64,000 nt of DNA from Phoronis australis. Lineage: Eukaryota > Animalia > Phoronida. The number at the start of each line of letters is the position of its first letter. The first letter of the stretch is position 1. Below are positions 51,401-63,400 of the stretch, one piece after another. The notes under the pieces were generated by a model that did no database searches, was not told the DNA's origin, and saw nothing but the letters and a program-made list of their open reading frames with translations. The stretch is from assembly GCA_002633005.1 (NCBI GenBank), contig NMRA01000575.1, positions 91,325 through 155,324 on the forward strand, written 5' to 3'. The translations under genes were made by a program, and so were the position numbers.

Positions 51401-54400
51401 TATACGATGCGATCCGCCACGTGAACAGTGTGAGTGAAGTATTTAAAAAATCTGCGGAAAAATGAAAGAAGTTTAGGAACTCGAAGCGTATCGGATAAAT
51501 ACATTATGCTTCAGTCTCGGTACAGCGTACTAGAAGTTTTATCTTTTCCTTGAAAGCTCAAAATTTGAATTCAATGAAATGCACATCCACTAAATACGTC
51601 ATAAAACTTACATCAACATGTACACCTAACGAATGTACGGGATACATGCAAAATCTGTGGGTCAGCCGATATTCACCTTGCCAGTTACAGCCCCTAAGTG
51701 ACAAACAAGCGAGCAAATTTCATTTTCTTGCGTCATTCTTCGAGATTGAAAAAAAAACAGTGTACTATCAACTGGAAGCAGATGCTTTTGACAATTTTAT
51801 TAAAAGCACGATTTTTCATACCATATAATTATTACAATAGAACCAGCATGTGTTTTCAGAAATCCATTGATGAACGTACATGTATACACTCATGGGACAT
51901 CCCTCCACCACCACATTCGCGCACGCAGCCTTCAACATGGGGCGGCTCGAATTCTTGACGTTGTGGACCTTATGGACTAAAAAGAAAAAAAAACGGGGGC
52001 ACCAGTGTGAGTTGCGCGTTTGTGCTTATTTAGTGAACTTTTGTCACATTTTCTCGGACTTTTTGGTTTCTCAGAGGCGGACGTTTTTATCCACTTCGCT
52101 TGTGCGAGCCACCGAGCCCCACCCCCTGGGTGCGTGTATGCTTCATCACAAAGATACTAAAATAAACAGTAGTAGCCCATCTGGCATTAAACTTTATAAA
52201 TTCACAGTATTCGACATTGTAGTATTTACGAGTTCTGCTTTCAGACGTACAATATACGGAATACGTTGTCTTAATCTCCGACAACAGGTGTAATTTTACG
52301 ATTAAAACATTGCTGAAAGTTATTAGGACAATGCCCCAACAATTGCTTTCGCATTACAGGTATATCCAAGTTCCTATTCACTCCCTGCCATGCGTTCACT
52401 AGTAAGACTGATCTCAGGGCAGTATTAGGAGACACCTTTGTGCAATGCTTAAAGGAGAATGCCACCCGATACCATTAGTCCTTTTTACGGCCTTAATCGG
52501 TCTATATCCACATCGCCTCTTAGACGGTCAATCTCACCTTCCTGAGAGGTGTCGCGTTAACCTGCGAGGAAGGTGAGATGCGACGCAGCTACGTCAGTGG
52601 TTCGTCTGCAGAGTGAATGCCGCTATATTGCGGTGCATCGGCTCTCGCTTGTCCGAACTATGAAGCTGCGAAGAAAGCGGTTATGTCGTTTTTTTCGACT
52701 TCCTCGAGAGCCCGAAATGCTTAGGAAGTGGCTCGCGGTAGTGGAGAATGAAAGGTATACTGTTAATAGCAAAAATGAGGCCGTGAAACAACTTCGTGTC
52801 TGTGGTCGGCATTTCTTCGACAGTGATTTCTCTGACGAGTTCCGGCTTACCAAAGAACTATCCATACGTTCCGTTGCCTATGCATGTTCACGGTGCCTCT
52901 CTAGTATTTCTTGATCAGTGTATTCCGGTTCGAACTGATAGTCTGTGAAACCTAACGATCCGACCCGTGAAGTCTTCGTCGGACGAGCTCTTGACTAGTC
53001 GGGATTGGTGCCGGGCGAGTTGCCATGTAGACGTTTATTATTCTGCGTTCTGTTTCAAAATGAATTATCTTCATCTTAAAATGATCCTAACCAATGCTTA
53101 TATGAAACTGAAACAAAGTCTGTTTCATCAGATACAATGTGTAATGCCTTGGAGTTCTCGGGAGTGCAAATGTTTTGAGAAGCCAGCATTGAATAAACCA
53201 CTGCGTTAGGATACCGGCTTTTGATGTCGGCATTGAAAGTTAATTGACTGTGCACCGAGGCCGTGTGAGCGTATGCTAATTCACTGTTTGCTGACAGTAA
53301 GCTGTTGTGAAACAATTACTCAGTTTTATATGCTATTGTCACATGTTAGGGGAATCTTTATTTAGAAATAGAAATACATCATTCAAATCATTGTTACTCA
53401 CGGTACAACCTTTGCCCTGACGGTCTGTGGAAGGGGAAACCGAATTTGCAGCCCCCGACAAATAAATAGGTTTTCAGTTTTGTTGCTAATTTACATAAAC
53501 AATTGCGTGCACAGTATTTCTTTGGCTCACTATTATAGTCTTTTCGTGACTGGAGGTTTAGTTTCCAACTAAATCTGTTTTTTTATCCGTGCCAGTTCCG
53601 GCGGCCGCGACGGTCCTGATCGGGTTCCGAGCCACTGGCCGGGATAACAAGCGTTTTGTGTGTCAAGTATAAATAACACAGATCTAGGTTCTCCTGTCTG
53701 TATTTCACGGAAGAATACTTCAAATTTATCACCGAACAGACCCCAAACTCCTGCTACGGTATTACCCTTGGTAAAATGGCCTGTCGAACTTTGTAGGCTA
53801 CGGTGTGTTCAAATACCAGTACATGTAAATCCCTAACAGCGAAATAAAACAACACGTTTTTATAAGAACTCGGTGTATTTTTAAGGGTTTTACATCGAAG
53901 TTTGATGATTTGTTGTTGTTAAACGACTCAAGCGATAAGCTGACACCAGTGAACTGCTGAACAGACTGCGTGTGAAACCGATGACGTCATTGGATAATTT
54001 CAACACCTCCGACTGCCGTCAGGTGTCAGGTAACGGAACCGAACGCGCCGTTATCCAGTAGAACTACTCTATCTAAATTGATACAAAATAGGTTGCTTTT
54101 GGGTGGCATTTTCCTTTAATTGTCTACGAGTGGGACTACGAACCTGGGCCTCACAGAAGGGAGCTCTGATGAAGACGCAGCGTCGCTGGTGAGAGCTGGT
54201 GCCAAAATGTGAACAATATTCAGAAGTTCTGATGATTACTCAACATTTCAGGTTTGCAGTATCATCCCTCTGCATCAGTACATTCTTCTACTTTTATAGA
54301 AATTGCCAGACTCAAAGACCCACCAATAGTCGTTTCAAGAACAAGAACAACTGTATCCGTTCGTTGGACAGCCTGGCTGAGTGGAACAGATCATGGCGTG

Positions 54401-57400
54401 GGGCCGGTTGAAAAATACGTTATAGAGTACAAACAAGATGGTGGTGCGGTGTGGACCTCCAAAGAAGTCAATAATGTGGCAGATCAACTTACGTTCACTC
54501 ACGATATTTCCAACACTGACGTGAGCCATAGGTACCTAGTGAAAATAAGGATAATGGTTGCAGGAGGTCTTCTTGGGAACTCCAGTCCGGAAGTGGAAGC
54601 TTGTGGAGGTACAGTAAGCCTGGCCGTTTTTACAAGTACTGGAATTTTAATAACTTATATTTTAAATAGCAAAAACGATTTTGTCACCAGGCATGTCAGT
54701 CCTCTTTAGCCGTTAATTTAGAAGTTGTAATTTGCCCCGTACCTATAGTTCCGCTTGCTGGGTACAGGTACATACAGGATACTATACACTTACGTTACCA
54801 TTACTATGTTTTGAATTTCAGCGCCAGAAACTTCAGAGCCAAGTCTATCAAACACAGATGTTAACACAATCGACATAAGCTGGCCAGTAAGATTTCATTG
54901 TTTCCAAACTTTAAATAGAATGTTAAACATTGGGTTTGTAAAGTGATCTGTTGAATTCCAGACATCGTTGTACGAGACTTTATTTTTTCTTAATTCCTAT
55001 CGTTATCGAGTATATTCAAATTTTGTTAAGAACTGTGGTGGCTGTTGGTAATACCTTAAACCAGACATGTGTTCCTTGACGGCTACGCAATACTTCGCGA
55101 GATATTCCTATATATGGTGTTTCAAGAAAAGCAAATGTTCAAATAAGTTCACCGGCTTTGCGAGAGCCTTGCGTCTGGGGAACTCGTCCCTTTATAAAAT
55201 TGACCGATGATTGTGTATTCCAGAAATGGCATCTTTTTGGTCGTAAGTAAACTGATGAAGACATGACTCAGCTGTTAGCTACAGCAAGCTACTACATTGC
55301 GAGAATTGATACGCTGGTTGATTCAAATTTATTCCCTTATTATCTGATCACTACATTCAGATGATTCCATTAATTTCAATGAATTCAAGAGTTTAGCAAT
55401 AATCTGTTTTTGCCTTAATCAATATTAAGAGCAATTGCCCATATTGTGAGACTTACACGCATTATGTGCAGACTCCTGCATTTCCACGTTGTTTTAAAGT
55501 TTTCGAAGACGCCTATATTTTGTTGACGTGTTCAGTTATAACCGCTCATTTGTGCAACATTCAGGAAAGTGGGTGGAGGTGTGGTACACCGGGGTGGTAT
55601 GTAGTGGAGTACATCAACGGAACAGACACCACGTTGAGGAAAACCTCCAACATTACATCGAGGAGTACGTCTCTGTATACGGCATCCTGCACCACCTGGC
55701 GAGTAAGAGTCAGAACATTCAATAAGCACATGACCACAGTGTCCCGCGAAAAGAACATCACCAGCCGAAATAAAGGTACTTATTTGACGTTAATTACTTT
55801 CTCCTGTGTCATGCGCAGGGTGTTAGAATGAAATATATGACATTGTATTTAGTAAGCACTTGTGCATTTCCGATGGCATTTTGTTTGTCGTGAAATTTTC
55901 ATTTTGTATTCGAACACTCGTGCTTATTAGACATGTGTTTCATTTGGGTCGTTAAAGTTTGATCTCGCCCTATTCAGCTGACTAAAATGGAAATAGAATT
56001 GGGACATTTATTCTCATAAAACTTGTCGTGTAGTGTGTCTTACCATAATATAATTCTATTTCTGCATGCAAAAGTACTTCGAAAACATGATCAGATTCAA
56101 GGAAGCAATTGAGAATTTATTGAAATTGACCAACCTTGAAATTGCGAACTCAAAATGGCCCACAAACTCACTGCATATAATTTGAGTTGACACACTGTAA
56201 TAGAAATAGGATCCTGTGAAGGCGAAAAATGTTATGAGATTATTTTAAAAGAGTAAAAAGCCCAATTGGATTACCGCTTTTAATCCGAAAAACTGGGCGA
56301 AGTGGAGCTTAATGGTTATGTAGAACCCAAAAAAGTTCCTAATTTCGGAACAGTATATCTCGGAAATGGCTGATTGGACTCTTATACAACTCCCAGACGT
56401 TACATTTATGCTATAAGCAGGGTTCTCGGTGAATACGATGGGAATTGTTTCTAAAATGTTATATTTTTACATGAGGGCCGATAAAATAAGACTTTACAAA
56501 TAAAAGCTGCATGAAACGAAAACAGAATGATGATCTAGAAAAGTGTGACAGCGTTTGTGACCTGATCGCGTGACCTGGTTAATGACTTATTGTTTAAAAG
56601 TCAGAAAAAACAATTTTTACAGGTTTATCATTTTCAGAAATATACATATAGACTGTGATTAAGCTATATGTAAAACACTTCGATAAAGTTCCGAACGTTA
56701 CTTCCACTTAGTGTCCCACGGACATCATAGTTCGAAGATAAATAAGCATGTGAAGAAGCATGTTGTATAAATCAGTGCGTTGATATTGCATACGTAATCG
56801 TACTACTATTCATAGTCATATCTTTGTGATATAAAATCACCTATAGTTAAAGTCTGAAAAGTCAATATAGAGATTTTTTCCGGCTTAACTATTGGTCACG
56901 GGATATCACGAACACATGGCGTGTACGAAATAATACTTTCCCAAATATCTCTTAAATTTGGTCAACACGCCACCTGTGAAGACGTCACACAACCAAATTA
57001 TTATTACTCCGGGGTACAAATCTTTTGACTTATGTTTATAAGATCCCGGGGTGCGTCACAGGTGGCGTGATGACCAGGGTTAAAAAATTTCGGTATACAT
57101 TACCACGCCAGTTTAAGAATTACATACATGTAGTTACGGAGAATAATTATTAATTTTGCACAAAGGGGTAAAATGAGTTGTGCGTTAGAGTGAACTATCG
57201 TTTTTACGCCAGTACATGTTTTACGAAAGGCAAAATTCACCAAGCCTGTTGAAGTTTTTGAAAAGAGTTCATTGAAATTAATTGCTAGGCTAGCCCCTGT
57301 ATTTTTCGTCAAAATCTGTTCATTTCATGATTTTTTATTTTTTGGAAAAAGTGAACATTAGTATAAGTATAATTTAGAACAGGTTGCTTCAGAATGAAAA

Positions 57401-60400
57401 AAATAGTACAGATGCTTAAAAAATAGCTTTTTCTAAATGCACTGGTACTCAAATGCCACCATTTCTTCCCTAATTAAATATGCAGAAACTTTAAACAGTC
57501 ATAACTTGCCTATTATTCGGCCTAGAACCTTCAAACAAACCCCATTGTTTAGCTGCTGAATTGTAGAATAACTTTACTTCAGTCTCAGAAAACTTTAAAA
57601 CAAGTCATTTCATTGGATAATGTCAATACAGTGTAGTTCACAGAGGTTCCAGATTGACCAATCAAGAACGAGCTAACAAAGCTCTTCGGATTTTGTCAAA
57701 CTGACTGCCATCCATATTGGATTTGCATTCTCAGCTGTTCACAGTGAAGTTTCAACGTTTTCAGTAATAAAATTGCTCATACAAGTACATTCGTTTGGCA
57801 TAAAAACTCAGTATACACTAGAGAAGAGCTATGGGTGATAAGTCAAGAAAATCACGAAGAAAAAAAAGAAAATTTGCAGGAAATCGTTTCAAAAGTCAAG
57901 ATGAACAACCTGGACCCTCAGCTGGTGATTGTAATTGCGAACATCAACATGGTGAACCTAAGTCTAAGTCTGCTTCATCCTCCAAGTTAAAATCTGCTGA
58001 TGTTGAATTTGACCATGATGCTGAACTTTCAGGATATAGATTTATTGATATTGTGTTGCTCCAAAATTTTTTGGAACAATTTAATTGTCCAAGTTGTGCT
58101 AGTGACACGTTCGGTGAGATGTCAGAAGAAAGAATTGGACTTGCGTCTCACGTCACATTTTCATGTCGTGATCGTGCGTGTAACTACAGTGTGAAACTGA
58201 CTACTTCAGAAACAGTGAATGGTAATAACATGTTATTTGATGTCAACAGAAGATTCCCAATTGCAATGTTTGCCATTGGAAGGCACAGGGCCCAGGGCCA
58301 AAGATTTCTCACAAACATGAATATGCCACCTGCGCAGACTCCATCAATTTGGAACAAGCACAAAAACAAAATTCAACGAGCAACAGAAAGTGTGGCACAG
58401 AGATCATTCTCAAGTGCAATTGTGGAAGCAAGGGCAACTGCTAGCCCTGGCTCTTCATCAACTGACGTAGTTGATCTAACAGTATCGTGTGACGGTACGT
58501 GGCAAAGGAGAGGTTTTTCGAGCAAGAACGGTATAGCCACTGTTCTTTCAGTGAACGGAAATAGCAGTAAAGTGATTGATGTGCAGACTTTGTCCAACTA
58601 CTGCAATCGTTGTAGCATAAACAAGAAGCGAAAAAGCGAGGAAGATTTTCAGGACTGGAAGGAGACGCATACTGACTGTGATTCAAATCATGAAGGTAGT
58701 GCAGGCGCGATGGAACCAGCTGGAATTGTTGCCATCTTCCGTCGATCTCTGCCCAACTACAATGTGCGATATACAAAGTACTTGGGTGACGGGGACAGTA
58801 AGTCGTTCAAATCTGTTGTATCTGCAGATCCTCCTGTTTACCCAGGGAATGTTGATATTGGTAAACTGGAGTGCACTGGTCACATTCAGAAGCGGATGGG
58901 GAAAAGACTAAGCGATAAAGTTAGTGAACTGAAGAAGAAAGTGTTTCAACTGCCTGGGGGAGGAACGACTAAAGGTATTGGTGGAGTAAGAAAACTGACA
59001 AAGAAAGGAATTAAGCGAATTCAAGGCCATTATGGTGCTGCCATACGCGAAAATGCTGGAAATGTACAGGCAATGTACAATGCCATCTGGGCAATATTTA
59101 GACATCGCAATCGTGGTCATCAAGCCTGTGGTGACTGGTGCCCATCAAAATCTGGACGCGGTGATCCCAATGCTAATGCCTTACCACATTATGTCTGTGA
59201 AGCAATTAGGCCAGTGTTTGTATCTTTGTCTGACATGGAGTTACTTCACAAGTGCGCTCACGGTGGCACACAGAACGCCAACGAAAGCTTCCACAATCTG
59301 GTTTGGGAGCGTTGCCCCAAAACTACCTTCGTTTGTAGAAAGCGCCTTGAACTGGCTGTATTTGATGCAGCGATTGTGTATAATGAAGGTGAATTAGGCA
59401 GGGTGAATGTTTTTGAAACATTGGGCCTGATACCTGGCTACTGGACTCTCAGTGGGCTTGCAAACATTGACCGTATGCGCCTTGACAATGCCTACATTGC
59501 TGGATGTAATGACGTTATTCGGCAGAGGCGTGCAGCGCGTGGGCAACGTGGTGACAATAATTACATACCAGGAGGATTCTGAGACATAGACTGGGACATT
59601 TTATTAAATAACTGTCAAATGCTGCTCATAATCTTTGGTCTTTCTTTGATTACAAGCTGTTGTGTTCATTTTTATACGCATGTTTGTCGTTTTCTTACTT
59701 CAACAGCGATTTTTGGCCATACTGTATTTTTCGCCTTCCAAAGCAGACTTGAAACATCATATCTCAATAAGTATTAAAGATAACTGCTTGAAATTTTCAG
59801 GGTAGATTCACAGTACTATTCTACATGTTATGAACTAAGTTTGAAAGTGAAGTCCAACCCAATTTCATTTTAGCTATGGTTAAATGAGGGTTGAATGATA
59901 TTTTTTAGCAGAAATATGAAAAATCGTGTGTAAATCTCGAGCAAAAACACCCAGTGGAATGTCTCTAGTTCATAACATGCAGCTCATTGGTATAAATCAT
60001 TTTGCTAAGTTTCAAATTGATTGGATAAATACTTTTTAGTCCACAGTGTTTCAAAGTGTGCTATGTTTTTCAGTCTGGGTCATGCGGCGGCCATTTTGAA
60101 TTGCTGATGATATGCAAATTAAGTTGTCAAAACACTTGAAAGCAATTTATTATGCTAAAATGAACCTCATATTTACCTATCTGTTATGTAAATGTCTGCT
60201 TATTGTTTGTTTGCAACCTTTCCAGTTATCTACAAGTTAGAGGAAAACGGCCATTTTTGTGAAATTTTTGGATGGACAGTTTGGATTACTAATTTGCATA
60301 TTTTTCAAGGAGTATTCAAGTAATGACCTGAGAAATGATTGACAAGTTATTTAGAATGGAATTTAACTGTCTAAAAGCAAATTGTGTGCTTATGCTGAAT

Positions 60401-63400
60401 ATAATTATTGAAAACCACTGAAATTCAGACTTGTGTCTTTTAATGGGCTAATTAGCATAATTTATGCATAATTATTGACTTGTATGGTAACTTCCACCAA
60501 ATTACAGTCTCTTTACAACCTTCTGTACAAATTACAACCTTGAAAATTTCTTTTTACCTTTCCCACAGACTATGTTTTTGGATGTGTAAATGTCCTAATT
60601 TGGGGGCTAGCCTTGCCTTAATTCAAGAACTCATTAATCAATCAAGTAATCAATCAATTTTGCATGAATATTGTGAAGTGTAATCCTGTAAACCTGTGGA
60701 AGCGTCTTTCTGCCGAGGCAATTAAAATTAGGCTTACAAAATTAACTCAATTTGTTTTACACCCACTCCTTTCAGTCAGAGGATCGTATGAGAGTCTTGG
60801 TGCCATACATGTAGGTACTACGGTACATAATAGTTATTATGAGAAGAATGTGCTCTTTTCTAGCGCCATCTCAAGTACAGGATCTTGTTATTGAGACTGG
60901 CAACGCCACCAGCACTTCACTAACAGTTGTATGGAAAGAGCCCGAAAGTAATGGGTGTCCCATTGAAGAATATCGGCTCACATATAGACTAGTCAAGGTG
61001 TTTCAGTGCACAGACGAACACAGTGGAGACAAAGTAACGGAAATCCTTCACACGACGAGAAAGGGTATCACGGGTCTCAAACCAAACTCAAAATACATCA
61101 TAAAGGTTGCTGCTAAAACAAAATCCATTGGTGAAGAAAGGTTAATATACGGAAATACCCTTGAACATGGTGAGTGCGATGAAAACGTAAAAGACACGGA
61201 CAAAGTGTAGCTCAATCTCACAATTAAAAATGTTTGCACTGGGTGTGAAATCCTTAATTATTATTTATAAGCGAGGAATAGCTCATTACAAGTGGGATGC
61301 TCACTGCGGGTTTAATTCACTTTGAAAGTGGATTTATTTACTTTAAATAGTCTGCCTACTTTCAGTGCCGCATTTTGGACCTGTATCCCGCAGTCCCGCC
61401 CCTTCTTGACTTACAGCGAAATCGGGTCACCTTGACATACGGATACGGACGTCTTTGAGCGTTGCTTTTCACTGACTTTTTTATCGTGTTATAAAAAGAA
61501 AACTTAGCGTAATACGGCAGTGGGAAACAGACGGGTGGTCTTTGCTAAACCTATCCGTCTATAACAGTTGGGAGTAAAGAGAAACCGGCTCTGGCTTTGC
61601 TCCCAGTCGGACTTTGAACCTTGCAATTGGCTTTGGTATGTTTTTTATCGAGATGTTCCCCTTTTTGCAAGGGGTGCCCTATGTTTCGTTATCGAATGAT
61701 GGAAACTTCGGATATAAGTTTGATGAATGGTGATCTAGCACTTGTGAACTTAATCATTTAAAAAATGAAGGAAAACTGGCATTTTACATCGTCTCGCCTG
61801 AAACTTACTTATCTGGAACGCTCATCCCTTCATGCAGTGCACGTCGTCAGGGTGAACATCTCTTATTAAAATTTATCTGTTTCTCCGTCATTTTGAGTAA
61901 AAGTCAGTCGTAGTTACCCCGCTGTTTTTTTTAATATCCAATATACAACACCTATCCTATGACAAATGTAACTTTCTGTAATTTTCCAATGGTGAAGCGC
62001 GTGTTGACGCAGCTCTGTGTACACTGACTTAATTGTAAGGATAATAAAAATTGCTATGATAGTAATAGTAACAGTAGCAATAATCATTCTGTGAGTCACA
62101 AAAGTATTAACAAGATACTCTACAGCGTGAGATTATTTTTCACTGGTACAACTTGTAGAGATGCCACGGATGACTGCAGCAAATAAAAATCGTTAAGTTT
62201 TGACACAAAACGCAATCATTTGTACAGCTCCAATACACAAATAAAAGCATGTGCATTGTTTCTATGCTTCTTGGAAACGATTGATTTTTTCAGTTTTGAA
62301 CACATTACGTAAAGTACATGTACGTGTTATTTGAATGTCAATAATGCCAATAATATCTGCGCTTTATACGAGGGAGTTTGACGTAAATGAGTTACAAAGA
62401 ACACTTACTTGCCAGTAAAATCTCTTTTGGATATTCATATTTCAGATGATAATATTTGTATGTAGGCGTTATCACGTACCGACCAAATTTGAAACGATGT
62501 ATACCTCGATTGAATGGCTGACTCTAATGCAATCTTCATTTAAAAATGTCTTCAGCGCCATCAGGCAATGTTTCCGTAACTATCCTCACCAAGGGCACTC
62601 GGTCAGTTTCAATCACCGTCTCAAACCTGAATTGTCAAGACAGAAATGGAGTTATAACTCACTACGAATACATTATTACTAACGACGGAACCACGTGCTT
62701 CACTGCCTCAATCAATACGAACGGGTCGTTTACCGAAATTCAATCGGATATAACCGGCCTGGTTCCCGGCAACTCATTCACTGTACGGGTTCGTGCTCAT
62801 ACTTCTGCTGGTTCAGGGCCTTGGAGTGATGGCGCCAGATTCACTACGTTAGAGGAGGGTGAGTTACCAAGAAAGTTGATAGACTTTTAGGAAAGCGTTT
62901 TGTGCTTGTCTACTCTTAAAATATTAGTTTCATAACTTTTTCATACAGGTACCAACACGAAAAAACGAAAGATGAGGCATAGTGTTTGGCGTGAACTAAT
63001 GTTACAATTTACCCTAGACTTCTTTACTGCAGCAGAGAAGCTTATACTTGTCCAATTCTGCTTGTAGATTCGCAAGTGCTACACTGACACTTGGCGTACA
63101 TGTAGTGCGGTAATAATTGATAACATGAAACAATACGAATAGTTGATGCGAATGTAATAATAATGTTTAGTTTTGCTGCAAACCCGCCTTGTGACATTTA
63201 AATGATACTACGTTCTATTCTATTGCTACTCATCACACCAATAATAAATACAGCTCCACCATCACCGAAGAATCTAAGTGTGGTAGATATGAGCCCAACA
63301 TTCGTCATTATTGGATGGATGCCACCGTGTCCCCCTAACGGCGTTATAAGGGAATATCAGCTAAATCACCAAAGTCTGAACGTCACTGATGACAAGAACA

